NCBI GenBank assembly: GCA_035623575.1
Contig: DASPTD010000053.1
Location: 13,859-77,858, forward strand
DNA: 64,000 nt
Reading direction: 5' to 3'
From: Gaiellaceae bacterium
GTDB lineage: Bacteria; Actinomycetota; Thermoleophilia; Gaiellales; Gaiellaceae
Shown in pieces: positions 1 to 10,007 of this stretch (the first letter of the stretch is position 1; each line of letters starts with the position of its first letter). The notes beneath the pieces are model-generated. The model ran no database searches. It saw only the letters and a list, made by a program, of their open reading frames with translations, and was not told the DNA's origin. The position numbers and the translations under genes are program-made.

Positions 1-68
1 AGCTCGCGGCGTGGCTCGAGTCGCCGCAGGGGAAGTTCGCCGCCTGGCTCGCGGAGCGAGGCCGACGT

Positions 69-401
69 TCAGGTGACGGCGAGCGTGGTGGTGAGGCTGC
101 CGGCGGAGCCGCACGAGACGACGATCCGCCACCGTCCCGCGACTGACCCGGTCTGCCACGCCCAGGTGACGATCCCCGCGCTCGGCCGTCTCGGCGTGAG
201 GCCCTTCGCGTGCCAGGCGCGACCCTTGTGGAAGGCGGCGATCGAGCACCTCGGCGTCGCGCCCGTGACGCGGGCGACGAGCAGCGCAGCGTCGCCGTGG
301 TGAACGGGGGAGGTGAGGTTGACGAGGACGACCGAGGCCGCCGCGCCCGCCGGGGCGGCGAGGGCGGCGGTGCACGCGAGGATCACGACGAGAGTGCGCA
401 T
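69..401 (-). CDS. small secreted hypothetical protein
   Basis: In-frame ATG at 401 inside track ORF 69..731. N-terminus MRTLVVILACTAALAAPAGAAAS looks like a signal peptide. Starts 2 nt after the stop of the upstream gene (404). No family recognised. Confidence 0.4.
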   Translation of the reverse strand: MRTLVVILACTAALAAPAGAAASVVLVNLTSPVHHGDAALLVARVTGATPRCSIAAFHKGRAWHAKGLTPRRPSAGIVTWAWQTGSVAGRWRIVVSCGSAGSLTTTLAVT

Positions 402-403
402 CC

Positions 404-1672
404 TCACGCTGCCGGTATGAACGTTACCGGCTCGCCGAGCAGCGTCGTTCGCGCCGGCGTCGTCTCCGCGACGACACGGCCGCGGCGGATCACCCAGCGG
501 CGCGGCGCGTGCAGCCGCAGCACCTCGAGCGCGCTCGGCGCGTCGAAGACGACGAGGTCGGCCGGCTTGCCCTCCTCGATCCCGTACTCGTCCTCGACCG
601 CAAGCGTCCGCGCCCCCCGCTCGGTCGCGCAGCGCAGCATCTCCGGGATCTCCTCGAGCCCGCTCATGTAGGTGAAGTGGAGCGCGAGGCTCGCCGCCTC
701 GACCATGTCGGCGCGTCCCATCGAGTACCACGGGTCCATGATCACGTCGTTGCCGAGGGAGACGTTGACGCCGGCGGCCAGGAGCTCCTTGAGCTGCGCG
801 AAGCCGCGCCGCTTCGGGTACACGTCGAGGCGTCCCTGGATGAGCGAGTTCGCGTACGGGTTGACGACGACGTTGATACCGGCGCGGCGCAGGAAGCCGT
901 GCAGCTTCGACGAGTAGTACGGCTCGTACGAGCCCATCGCGGTGCAGTGGCTCGCAGTGACGCGGCCGACGAGTCCGAACTTCACGGTGTCGTCCGCCAT
1001 CACCTCGAGGAAGCGGCTGTTCGGGTCGTCCGTCTCGTCGCAGTGCACGTCTACCCGGCGCCCGTACCGCTTCGCGAGCTCGAAGACGCGGTGCACCTCC
1101 TTCAGCCCGAGCTCCGACGTAGGCTCGTAGTGCGGGATGCCGCCGACGCAGTCGACGCCGAGCCGGAGTGCGTTCTCGAGCCGCTCCTCGTCGCCGTCGC
1201 GGGCGAAGATGCCGTCCTGCGGGAACGCGGTCACCTGAACCGTGCAGAGGTCGGCGACCTCGTCGCGCAGCCGCAGCAGCCCGCGCACCATCGCCTCGTT
1301 CCCGCCGGAGACGTCGGCGTGCGCACGGATGAACAAGGTCCCCTGCGCGACCGACCAGCGCACGATCTCGTGCGCGCGCTCGAACACGTCCTGCTCCGTG
1401 AGGCTCGGCTTCAGCTCGCCCCAGACGTGGATGCCCTCGATCAGCGTCCCCGAAGCGTTCCAGCGCGGACGGCCAGCGGTGAGCGACGCATCGAGATGCA
1501 GGTGGCAGTCGACGAGCGGCGGCGTGACGAGCCGCCCCTCCGCGTCGAGCTCGTCGTCGCCGTCCGCGTCGAGCGACTCGCCGACCCGCGTCCAGCGGCC
1601 CTCCTGTGCGACGAGGTCGACAAGGCGTCCGTCGAGCAGGCGCGCATTGCGGACGACGAGCTCGAGGGCCAC
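404..1672 (-). CDS. amidohydrolase-superfamily deaminase (cytosine deaminase / AtzC-like)
   Basis: 422 aa. Metal-ligand motifs VDCHLHLD and DVHCDETDD are typical of the CodA-type amidohydrolase fold. Confidence 0.8.
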   Translation of the reverse strand: MALELVVRNARLLDGRLVDLVAQEGRWTRVGESLDADGDDELDAEGRLVTPPLVDCHLHLDASLTAGRPRWNASGTLIEGIHVWGELKPSLTEQDVFERAHEIVRWSVAQGTLFIRAHADVSGGNEAMVRGLLRLRDEVADLCTVQVTAFPQDGIFARDGDEERLENALRLGVDCVGGIPHYEPTSELGLKEVHRVFELAKRYGRRVDVHCDETDDPNSRFLEVMADDTVKFGLVGRVTASHCTAMGSYEPYYSSKLHGFLRRAGINVVVNPYANSLIQGRLDVYPKRRGFAQLKELLAAGVNVSLGNDVIMDPWYSMGRADMVEAASLALHFTYMSGLEEIPEMLRCATERGARTLAVEDEYGIEEGKPADLVVFDAPSALEVLRLHAPRRWVIRRGRVVAETTPARTTLLGEPVTFIPAA

Positions 1673-1682
1673 GTCCCAGACT

Positions 1683-3839
1683 CTACGGCGCGCGGAAGCC
1701 GAGCACGAAGGAGGCGCGCCGTCCCCACGGATCGATCGCGGTCACACGGACGCTGGCGACGCTGCCGGCCGGCAGCCTGCGGCCGTCGATCCGCAGCTGT
1801 ACCGGGAAGCCGCCGGGGGAGAGGATGCGCGTGTGCTCCGTCTTCGCCGCCGCGCCCCGCAACGGCAGGGCCAGCCGGGAGCCGCGGGGCAGCAGCGACG
1901 GGCGGAGGCCTTGCGGCCCGAAGGCGTTCGCGAACAGATCCGACTGTGAGCTGACGGAGAGCCGCGTCACGAGCAGGATCGTGCGGCCGCTCTGGCGCCG
2001 GACCGTGATCGGCGCGACCCGGGCGAGCACGGGCTGTCGCGTCGAGACGCGACTCGGGTCGCCCCACGCGCCGGGCCGGAAGAGCGCGAAGCGGCCGGCC
2101 GTGCGCGTCAGCACGTGCAGCACAGTCCCGTCCGTGTAGGCGCCCGCGTCGAGGCCGTCCGGCAGCGTCGGGCCGGTGAGCGTCGCGACCGGCGACCAGA
2201 CCGTTCCGTCGCTCGAGAAGCCCACCACCTGCCCCGGCGGCGCGGCAGCGTAGGCGAGGTCGACCGGCCACGGGAGCTGCCCGGCCGCCGGCTGGACGTC
2301 GAGCGCGACGCCGGTGCCTGCGAGCGAGAGGCCTCCGTCGGCGGGGGTGAGCGAGACGGTGGCGGCGACGGGCACCGAGCCCGGCTGCCAGGTGACCGTC
2401 GCACGGCCGTCGGCGGCGATCACCGCCCCGGCCGCGCCCGCCTGGGAGGCGGCGGAGCCGACGACCGCCTGCGGGACCGTTGCGGCGGCGATGACGGCGG
2501 TCGTCGGCGCGGTGGCTATCCCGGCACCGCCGGCGCCGGTGGCGGTGACGACGAGCGAGACGGTCGTGCCGATGTCGCCCGGTGTGAGGGTGTACGTGGA
2601 CGCGGTCGCGCCCGCAATCGACGCGCAGTTCGCGCCGGTCGCGTCGCAGCGGCGCCACGTGTACGCGAAGGATGTGGGTGAGCCGGTCCACGTGCCGGGC
2701 GAGGCGGTCAGCGTCTGGCCCACCTGCGTCGTGCCGGTCACGAGCGGCGCGACCGTCACGGCGGGGCGGGCCGACGCGGACGAGCCGGCAGGCGCGATCG
2801 CCAGCGTCGGCGGCGAGCTCGCGACGGCAGGCCCTTCGTTCGACGCGGCCGTGACCGTGAGCACGAGCGCATGGCCTACGTCGGTTGCCGTCGGCGTGTA
2901 CGTCTCGAGCGTCGCGCCGGGAATGGGCGCGCACGTGAGCCCGGCGGCGTCGCAGCTCTGCCACTGATACGTGAAGGTGACCGGCTTGCCGCCGCTCCAC
3001 ACGCCGGGGATGCCGGCGAGCTTGGCGCCTGCCTGCGCGGTCCCGACGACGGCCGGAGCCGTGGACACGACGGGAACACCGGTCGGGTACGGCGGGATCG
3101 TCACGCTCGACGGATCGGTCCCGTTCAGGCGGTCGCCGTCGACGCAGTGGGCGATGCCCGGAACCTGCGCGCAGTCGGTCCACTGCCAGAACGTCCAGCC
3201 GAGACCGGCCCAGTTCATCGCGGGCACCGTCGGCACGGCGTTCGTCGTCCAGTGCGCGATCCAGAGCGGATGCCCGTCGCCGGCGACGGTGGTCGTGTCG
3301 CCGAGCGCCGTCTTCCAGAAGCTCGGCGAGACGTAGACGGCGGCATCGATGCCGGTGCGTGCATACACCTCGTCGAGCCAGGCCTGCGTCCACTGGACCA
3401 GCCCCGTCGTCCCGAGGCTGCCCTTCGTCTCGAGGTCGAGCACCGGTGGCAGATCGCCCGCCGCAGGCTGCGCGGTGCCGACGAAGAAGTCCGCCTGCGC
3501 GATCGCGTTCGCGGCGATGCCGCCGGCACCCGACCCTCCCGGCCGTGCGAAGTGGTACGCGCCGATGCGAAGGCCGAGGCTGTCGCTGCCCGCGCGGTTG
3601 ATGGCGTACGTCGGATCGATCAGGGTCGTTCCCTCGGTGGCCTTGGCGAAGGTGAAGCTGTAGCCTCCGCCCGCGACCTGGATCCAGTCGATCGAGCCCT
3701 GGTAGTGCGAGACGTCGAGACCCTTCGCGTAGCTCTGCGCACCCGCTCCCGCAGGCGCGTGCAGGCCGGCCGCGGCGGTGGCGAGAAGCACGAGGAGCGC
3801 CCGGCGGGGGCGTCGGCTGCCTTCGATCGTGACCCCCAC
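1683..3839 (-). CDS. secreted GH25 muramidase with two tandem Cys-pair repeat modules and a long uncharacterised C-terminal region
   Basis: GTG start and a signal peptide. GH25-like N-domain (GLDVSHYQGSIDW...FAKATEG...AYHFA). Two repeats, TYQWQSCDAAGLTCAPIPGAT and YTWRRCDATGANCASIAGAT. About 280 aa of C-terminus match no recognisable family. Confidence 0.85.
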   Translation of the reverse strand: MGVTIEGSRRPRRALLVLLATAAAGLHAPAGAGAQSYAKGLDVSHYQGSIDWIQVAGGGYSFTFAKATEGTTLIDPTYAINRAGSDSLGLRIGAYHFARPGGSGAGGIAANAIAQADFFVGTAQPAAGDLPPVLDLETKGSLGTTGLVQWTQAWLDEVYARTGIDAAVYVSPSFWKTALGDTTTVAGDGHPLWIAHWTTNAVPTVPAMNWAGLGWTFWQWTDCAQVPGIAHCVDGDRLNGTDPSSVTIPPYPTGVPVVSTAPAVVGTAQAGAKLAGIPGVWSGGKPVTFTYQWQSCDAAGLTCAPIPGATLETYTPTATDVGHALVLTVTAASNEGPAVASSPPTLAIAPAGSSASARPAVTVAPLVTGTTQVGQTLTASPGTWTGSPTSFAYTWRRCDATGANCASIAGATASTYTLTPGDIGTTVSLVVTATGAGGAGIATAPTTAVIAAATVPQAVVGSAASQAGAAGAVIAADGRATVTWQPGSVPVAATVSLTPADGGLSLAGTGVALDVQPAAGQLPWPVDLAYAAAPPGQVVGFSSDGTVWSPVATLTGPTLPDGLDAGAYTDGTVLHVLTRTAGRFALFRPGAWGDPSRVSTRQPVLARVAPITVRRQSGRTILLVTRLSVSSQSDLFANAFGPQGLRPSLLPRGSRLALPLRGAAAKTEHTRILSPGGFPVQLRIDGRRLPAGSVASVRVTAIDPWGRRASFVLGFRAP

Positions 3840-3898
3840 GACGCCATCGAGGCTAGCGAAATGGTGTTTGGAGTGCGTAAAGCAGTAGGCTCGCGGGC

Positions 3899-4852
3899 GT
3901 GTCCGGCCCGCCGTACAGGCCGCTGAACGCCCAGGTGATCCCGCGTTTCGCGGGCATCCGCACGTTCATGCGCGCGCCGCACGTGACCGACCTCGCCGGG
4001 GTCGACGCCGTCGTCTACGGGATTCCGTTCGACACCGCGACGAGCTACCGGACGGGGCCGCGCTTCGGCCCTGAGGCGATCCGCTCCGCATCCGCCCTGA
4101 TCCGACCGTACAACCCGGGCCTCGACGTCGACGTCGTCGACTCCCTCTCCCTCGTCGACTACGGCGACGTGCCCGTGTCGCCGGGGGACACCGAACGGAC
4201 GTACGCCCAGATCGAGGAGGCGCTCGCGCCGGTCGTCGAGGCCGGCGTCTTCCCGGCGGCAATGGGCGGCGACCACTCGATCACGCTCGCCGAGCTGCGT
4301 GTGCTCGCGAAGCGCCACGGCCCGCTCGCGCTCGTGCAGCTCGACTCGCACGGCGACACGTGGGAGCAGTACTTCGGGCAGAAGTTCTTCCACGGCACGA
4401 CGTTCAAGCGCGCGGTGGAGGAGGGGCTGCTCGACGCGCAGGCTTCGGTGCAGGCGGGGATGCGCGGCTCGCTCTACGGCGCCGAGGACATCCAGGTGGC
4501 GCGCGACCTCGGCTTCACCGTGCTGACGACAGACGAGCTGCGCGACCTCGGTGCGGCCGGGTACGGTGAGCTCGTGCTGAGCCGGGTCGGGACCCGTCCG
4601 GTGTTCATGTCCTTCGACATCGACTTCCTCGATCCGGCGTTCGCGCCCGGCACCGGCACCCCCGAGGTCGGCGGCTTCTCGACCGCGGAGGCGCTCGCGT
4701 TCCTGCGAGCGCTGCGCGGGGCCAAGCTCGCCGGCTGCGACGTCGTCGAGGTCTCGCCGCCCTACGACGGGCCCGGGATGGTGACGGCGCTCGCGGGCGC
4801 GAACGTGCTCTACGACCTGCTCTCCCTGCGCGCGATCGGAGGTGCGCCGTGA
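3899..4852 (+). CDS. ureohydrolase family protein (agmatinase / guanidino-acid hydrolase-like)
   Basis: 317 aa. Arginase-fold Mn motifs GGDHSIT, DSHGDTW and SFDIDFLDPAFAPGTGTPEVGG. Confidence 0.85.
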   Translation: MSGPPYRPLNAQVIPRFAGIRTFMRAPHVTDLAGVDAVVYGIPFDTATSYRTGPRFGPEAIRSASALIRPYNPGLDVDVVDSLSLVDYGDVPVSPGDTERTYAQIEEALAPVVEAGVFPAAMGGDHSITLAELRVLAKRHGPLALVQLDSHGDTWEQYFGQKFFHGTTFKRAVEEGLLDAQASVQAGMRGSLYGAEDIQVARDLGFTVLTTDELRDLGAAGYGELVLSRVGTRPVFMSFDIDFLDPAFAPGTGTPEVGGFSTAEALAFLRALRGAKLAGCDVVEVSPPYDGPGMVTALAGANVLYDLLSLRAIGGAP

Positions 4853-5688
4853 TCCAGGCATGTCTGACCTTCGACGTCGACGCGGAGGCGCCGATCCTCG
4901 CGGAGAGCGCCCTCTACGCGCGCAATGCCGGCGTGATGTCGCATCAGGCGTACGGGCCGCTCGTCGGCGTGCCGCGCATCCTCGACCTGCTGCGCGACTA
5001 CTCGGTGCCGGCGACGTTCTTCGTCCCAGGCTGGACGGCCGACCGCTATCCGCAGACGGTGGAGGCGATCCTCGCCGCTGGGCACGAGGTCGGCCATCAC
5101 TCCTACGCGCACTTCTCGCCGTTCGCGCAGACCGAGGAGGAGGAGCGCGGCGACTTCGAGCGCGCGCTCGCGTCCTTGCGCCGGCTCGGCGTCGAGCCGG
5201 AGGGCTTCCGCTGCCCGAGCTGGGAGCCGGGCTGGCGGACTCCGGGCATCGTCGCCGAGCACGGGCTCGCGTACGACTCGTCGCTGATGGACTCCGACAA
5301 GCCGTATGTGCTCGACACCGGAGCGGGGGAGATCATCGAGCTGCCGGTGCACTGGTCGCTCGACGACTGGGAGCAGTACGCGTACATCCCCGACCCGCCG
5401 TTTCGCTCGGCGATCGAGTCGCCGGCCAAGGTGCTCGACCTCTGGACGAGCGAGCTCGACGCGATGCGCCGACACGGCTGCCTGTTCGTGCTCACCTGCC
5501 ACCCCTTCCTGTCGGGGCGGCCGCATCGCGTCGAGGTGCTGCGCACCCTGATCGAGCACGCGCTCGCGGCCGGCGACGTCGAGCTCGTCGCCTGCCGCGA
5601 GGCCGCGCGGCGCGCGCGCGAGCACGGCGATCTCGACCGGCGCCGTCTGACGCCGGTCGAGATCGAGCCGGGTCTCTACCCCGAATAG
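4849..5688 (+). CDS. NodB-fold polysaccharide deacetylase family protein (PuuE-like possibility)
   Basis: GTG start overlaps the upstream stop (GTGA at 4849-4852). Motifs TFDVD and HEVGHHSYAH fit the NodB homology domain. Confidence 0.8.
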   Translation: MIQACLTFDVDAEAPILAESALYARNAGVMSHQAYGPLVGVPRILDLLRDYSVPATFFVPGWTADRYPQTVEAILAAGHEVGHHSYAHFSPFAQTEEEERGDFERALASLRRLGVEPEGFRCPSWEPGWRTPGIVAEHGLAYDSSLMDSDKPYVLDTGAGEIIELPVHWSLDDWEQYAYIPDPPFRSAIESPAKVLDLWTSELDAMRRHGCLFVLTCHPFLSGRPHRVEVLRTLIEHALAAGDVELVACREAARRAREHGDLDRRRLTPVEIEPGLYPE

Positions 5689-7211
5689 CCTGCGACGCTC
5701 GCCACGTCCAGAATCGCGTCGCTCGCGATCTGGTCGTCCCGAATCGTCTTCGAGAAGCCGAGGCTCGTGCGCACCGGCGCAACCGTGCGGGCGAGCGCGA
5801 CGAGCACGAGGTAGAGCCCGCCGGCCAGGAGCCACGCCTCGAGCGGCACCGGCCCCCACGAGTTCGGCGCGGTCGCCTCGAGCCAGCCGTGCGGCCAGCT
5901 CGCGGTGCCGGTCACGCCGAAGAAGACCGCGCCGAGGAGCGCGAGCGTCGCGGGCCAGTTGATCAGGCCCGTTTCCTCCCATTTCGGCACCTGCGTGAGC
6001 GGCCGCGAGATCCGGAACAGGCGCGGCAGGAGGAAGTGGTCGACGACCATGATGACGGTCGCGCACGGGACGCTGACGGCGAGGAAGCTCGAGACCTTGA
6101 ACCACCCGTTGAGGAAGTGGAAGTTCACGAGGTCAGCGGCGATGACACCCCCGCCCGCGACGATCAGACACGTGAGCGGCCGCCGCCAGCGCTTCCAGGA
6201 GCCGATCAGGTTCTGGCCGGCATTCACCGACTCGTAGTAGTTGCCGTCGTTGATCGCGAACTGGCTGATCGTGGCGATGATCCACGCGAGCCAGAACAGC
6301 CCGAACAGCGAGTAGTGCACCGTGAAGCGAAACACCTTCGCCGTGTCGGTCGTTCCGGCGAGCGCCGCCATCATCCAACCCGCCATCACGAACAGCGTGA
6401 ACCACACCGCCGCGAAGATGTACGTCGGCAGCGGCCAGTTGAAACGCGGGCGGCCGTAACGCCAGAAGTCGGGCTCGTTGCCCCACATGGAGAAGCCGAT
6501 CACCGCGACGACCGCGACCCAGAACGGGAACGAGAACGCCGCGTGCGGCGTGCCGCCGAGCTTGCCGCCGTCGGCGATGGCCGCCTTCAGGACCATGTAG
6601 ATGCACCAGACGATCAGGATCGGCGTCACGAGGTAGCGCGCGAAGACGCTGATCCCGGTGAAGCCCAGCAGGTTGTTGAGGATCATCACGCCGGCGATCA
6701 GCAGCGTGAGTGTGAAGATCGCGCTCCAGCCGTAGAAGCCGTTCCACAGCACCACGAGCAGGTTCGCCTGATAGCCGACCCAGCCGAGCGGCGCGATGAG
6801 GATGAAGGCGGAGACGATCCACGAGCCGACGCGGCCGAAGATCGAGCGTGTCAGCAGCGCGTGTGTCTGCCCGGTGCGCGCACCGAGATACGAGCCGGTC
6901 ATCGCGTAGGCGACATAGAGCGCATAGCCGAGGATCGTGATCCCGGCGGTGGCCGCGAGGCTGTGCCCGCCGTCGTGGATCTCGAAGCCGAGAAACATGT
7001 AGGAGAAGCCTGCTACGAACGTCGTCCAGAGCCCTGCGAAGTGCCACATCGGCCGGCGCTTGTCGAGCGGGACGATGCCCGTCTCGGCCGTCGAGTAATC
7101 GTGGCTGATCGACGCATCGAGGCTCGCGCGCTCGTCCGCGAGATCGTGCCGGAACTCCTCGATGTCGTGCGCGATCTCCTCGCGGTGCTGGTGAGGATCA
7201 TGGTCGGTCAT
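5676..7211 (-). CDS. NCS1-family purine-cytosine/hydantoin-type permease
   Basis: 511 aa and multi-TM, with CodB/NCS1-like sequence. The 3' end overlaps the convergent deacetylase gene by 13 nt. Confidence 0.85.
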   Translation of the reverse strand: MTDHDPHQHREEIAHDIEEFRHDLADERASLDASISHDYSTAETGIVPLDKRRPMWHFAGLWTTFVAGFSYMFLGFEIHDGGHSLAATAGITILGYALYVAYAMTGSYLGARTGQTHALLTRSIFGRVGSWIVSAFILIAPLGWVGYQANLLVVLWNGFYGWSAIFTLTLLIAGVMILNNLLGFTGISVFARYLVTPILIVWCIYMVLKAAIADGGKLGGTPHAAFSFPFWVAVVAVIGFSMWGNEPDFWRYGRPRFNWPLPTYIFAAVWFTLFVMAGWMMAALAGTTDTAKVFRFTVHYSLFGLFWLAWIIATISQFAINDGNYYESVNAGQNLIGSWKRWRRPLTCLIVAGGGVIAADLVNFHFLNGWFKVSSFLAVSVPCATVIMVVDHFLLPRLFRISRPLTQVPKWEETGLINWPATLALLGAVFFGVTGTASWPHGWLEATAPNSWGPVPLEAWLLAGGLYLVLVALARTVAPVRTSLGFSKTIRDDQIASDAILDVASVAGYSG

Positions 7212-7282
7212 GGGTCACACCTCTGTCTGTGGATGCCCGGCTTCTCGGGGCCGCCCTGAGGCGGCCCCGAGAGACGACGTGC

Positions 7283-8365
7283 CTACTTTCCGCCCGGGCT
7301 GATCTTGACGTTCAGCGGCTTCCAGCTCTTGCCGTAGACGTCGAGGCCCTGCGCCTTCAGCTGCGCGATCGCCTTCTCCGCGAGGTCGGTGCGGTACGCA
7401 CCGGACGGCGCTTTCTTGATCACACCGAACTGTTGCGAGATCTGCGCGGTCCGCGTGTAGTCGGCCGTGTTCATGATCCCGATCCCGCTCGCGTTCGGCC
7501 AGATCAGCTTGTTGATCTCGTTCATCATCCAGGTCTGATGCCCCTTGGGCAGCGTCGGCCCTTCCTTGAGCGTCAGGTTGACGCACTCGGCCTGGTTGTC
7601 GCGGCAGTAGATCCAGCCCGCGAGCGACGCGGCGATGAACTTCACGGCGATCGCCTGGTTGGCCGGGGACTTGAGCCACGACGCGGTCGAGAAGAGGCCG
7701 TCCTCGAGCATGCCTGTGCCGACGTCCTGCATCTTGATGACGTTGATCTGCGACATCTTCACGCCGGTCTCGAGCACCTGCGCGAGCTCGTTGTACGTCA
7801 TCGCCGAGGCCGAGTCGACCTGGTGCTTCAGGAACAGGTTCATGTCGAACGGCTGCTGGACGATCGTCACGCCCTGGTTCTTCTCGGGGTCCATGCCCGC
7901 CTTCGTGAGCGCGGCGAACAGCTCGTACTGGTTGCCGCCGAGCCAGTTCGCGACCTTCTTGCCCCTCATCTTCGCGATCGTGTTGATGCCCGAGCTCTTC
8001 CACGTGAGCTGGGTCATCCCCGAGCGCGCGAAGACCTGGGCGACGTTGACGAGCTGCGTGCCCTTGTCGCGCGCGGCCAGGAGGCTCGGCAGCCAGTCGA
8101 CGCCGAACTGCGCCTGGCCGGAGGCGACGACCTGCTCCGGGATGATGTCCGGGCCGCCGTTCTTCAGCGTGACGTCGAGCCCGGCCGCCTTGTAGAAGCC
8201 CTTGAGGCTCGCCGCGTAGTAGCCGGCGAACTGCGCCTGCGGCACCCATTTCAGCTGCAGCGTGATCTTCGTCAGCTTCGCCCCCTGCGGCGCAGCCGAC
8301 GCCGTCCCGGCCGCGGCCGTGACCGCGACGAGGGCGAGGACTCCCAGGATCCACCGCTTCCTCAT
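7283..8365 (-). CDS. ABC transporter substrate-binding protein (NMT1/THI5-like, NitT/TauT family)
   Basis: Real start is ATG 8365 (MRKRWILGVLALVAVTAAAG signal peptide), inside the fused track ORF 7283..9304. The motif LQLKWVPQAQFAGYY is typical of NMT1-like binding proteins. Confidence 0.85.
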   Translation of the reverse strand: MRKRWILGVLALVAVTAAAGTASAAPQGAKLTKITLQLKWVPQAQFAGYYAASLKGFYKAAGLDVTLKNGGPDIIPEQVVASGQAQFGVDWLPSLLAARDKGTQLVNVAQVFARSGMTQLTWKSSGINTIAKMRGKKVANWLGGNQYELFAALTKAGMDPEKNQGVTIVQQPFDMNLFLKHQVDSASAMTYNELAQVLETGVKMSQINVIKMQDVGTGMLEDGLFSTASWLKSPANQAIAVKFIAASLAGWIYCRDNQAECVNLTLKEGPTLPKGHQTWMMNEINKLIWPNASGIGIMNTADYTRTAQISQQFGVIKKAPSGAYRTDLAEKAIAQLKAQGLDVYGKSWKPLNVKISPGGK

Positions 8366-8433
8366 GCACGTACCCCTTTCTGCGTCGACCCGTCCACTGC
8401 GGATGCGGCGATTCTGCACTTCGCGCGGCGGAA

Positions 8434-9213
8434 TTACGAGTCCCGAGCCGCAGGCGCCCAGCGCACTACGATGCGTTCGAGCAGCGCGACCGCGCCGTAG
8501 AGCGCGAGCCCGAGCAGCGATGCGACGAGGATCCCGGCCCAGGCGGTCTGGAAGTCGAGGATCTGGGCGTCCGAGCGGATGAGCACGCCGAGCGCGTTGA
8601 ACGCGCCGCCGAAATACTCGCCGACGATCGCGCCGATCATGGCGAGGACGCTCGACACCTTGAGAGCCGTGAAGACGAACGGGAGCGCGGTGGGGATGCG
8701 CACCCGCCGCCAGATGTCGAGGTCGGAGGCGGCGTACGAGCGCATCAGCTCGATCTGGCGCGGGCTCGCGCGCTGCAGGCCGCGCAGCGTGTTGACCATC
8801 ACGGGGAGGAAGCAGAGCACGCCGGCGATCGCCATCTTCGAGACCGGCGAGAGCGGGTTGAACCACACGTCCGCGATCGGTGCGAAGGCGATGATCGGGA
8901 TCGCGTTCGCCGCGATCGCGAGCGGCATCACCGCCGGGCCGATCGTCCTGAAGCGGCCGATCAGCGTCGCGACGAGGATGCCGGCGAGGGAGCCGCCGGC
9001 GAAGCCGCCGAGCGCCTCCTTGAACGTGTACCAGCCGGCGGGCCAGAGCGTATGCCGGTCGGTCCAGAAGGAGCTGACGATGTCGCTCGGCTTCGGCAGC
9101 AGGAACTGCTGGATGTGGAAGGCGACGATCGCGCCCTCCCAGGCGGCGATCGCGAGCACGAAGACGACGATCGCGGGCGTCCACTCGCCGGTGCGGCGCA
9201 GCGCGACGTTCAC
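8434..9213 (-). CDS. ABC transporter permease (NitT/TauT family)
   Basis: 259 aa hydrophobic protein. GTG start overlaps the ATPase stop (GTGA). Confidence 0.85.
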   Translation of the reverse strand: MNVALRRTGEWTPAIVVFVLAIAAWEGAIVAFHIQQFLLPKPSDIVSSFWTDRHTLWPAGWYTFKEALGGFAGGSLAGILVATLIGRFRTIGPAVMPLAIAANAIPIIAFAPIADVWFNPLSPVSKMAIAGVLCFLPVMVNTLRGLQRASPRQIELMRSYAASDLDIWRRVRIPTALPFVFTALKVSSVLAMIGAIVGEYFGGAFNALGVLIRSDAQILDFQTAWAGILVASLLGLALYGAVALLERIVVRWAPAARDS

Positions 9214-10007
9214 AACGGCTCCTCTTCGGGCAGAAGATGCTGGCCGCGCTTCCGCAGCAGCTCGCGCACGGCGGTGACGAGCTCGAAGTAGTGCGGGTCC
9301 TCACGCGTCTCGGCCGCGCGTGGGCGGGGGAGGTCGACGTCGATCGTCCCGGCGATCCGCCCCGGCCGTGGGCTCATGACCACCACCTTCGTCGAGAGGA
9401 AGACGGCCTCGGAGATCGAGTGGGTGACGAAGATCACGGTCGAGCCGAGCGTCTCCCAGATCGAGAGCAGCTCGAGGTTCAGCCGCTCGCGCGTCATCTC
9501 GTCGAGCGCGCCGAACGGCTCGTCCATCAGCAGCAGCGCCGGCTCGAAGGAGAGCGCGCGCGCGATCGAGACGCGCTGCTGCATGCCGCCAGAGAGCTGC
9601 CACGGATGATGCTCGCCGAACGAGCCGAGCTCGACGAGGTCGAGCATCTCCTCGACGCGCGCCTTGCGGCGCTCGCGGTCCCAGCCGAGCATCTCGAGCG
9701 GCAGCGCGATGTTCTTCGCGACCGTGCGCCAGTCGAAGAGCACGGCGTCCTGGAAGACGATCCCGTAGTCGCGGTCGATCCGCGCCTGGCGCGCGGTCTT
9801 CCCGTTCACCGTCACCGTGCCGGCGGAGGGCTCGATCAGGTCGCCGATCACGCGCAGCAACGTCGACTTGCCGCAGCCGGAGGGGCCGATCAGCGAGACG
9901 AACTCGCCGTGCGTCAGCGCGAGGTCGATGTCCTGGAGTGCGGTGACGTTGCCGCGCGGGAACGTCTTCGTGACGCCGGCGATGGAGACGACGAGGTCGG
10001 AGCTCAT
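9210..10007 (-). CDS. ABC transporter ATP-binding protein
   Basis: Start taken at ATG 10007 (MSSDLVVSIAGV), which overlaps the upstream permease stop. Walker A GPSGCGKST, signature LSGGMQQR, Walker B LLLMDEP. Confidence 0.85.
   Translation of the reverse strand: MSSDLVVSIAGVTKTFPRGNVTALQDIDLALTHGEFVSLIGPSGCGKSTLLRVIGDLIEPSAGTVTVNGKTARQARIDRDYGIVFQDAVLFDWRTVAKNIALPLEMLGWDRERRKARVEEMLDLVELGSFGEHHPWQLSGGMQQRVSIARALSFEPALLLMDEPFGALDEMTRERLNLELLSIWETLGSTVIFVTHSISEAVFLSTKVVVMSPRPGRIAGTIDVDLPRPRAAETREDPHYFELVTAVRELLRKRGQHLLPEEEPL

Noticed and set aside
3-146. Possible 3' end of an upstream plus-strand gene (LAAWLESPQGKFAAWLAERGRR...)
   Set aside because: The first ~20 codons look coding. The tail is Gly/Arg/Asp low complexity and would overlap the convergent small gene by about 75 nt. 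Too little sequence is available to support a call.
4842-7259. 805-aa plus-strand ORF
   Set aside because: It is Arg/Asp/Glu-rich low-complexity sequence lying antisense to the NCS1 permease, which has a real multi-TM profile.
8366-9304. Upstream part of fused ORF 7283..9304
   Set aside because: It is out of frame with the real permease gene 8434..9213. The binding protein starts at the signal peptide ATG 8365.
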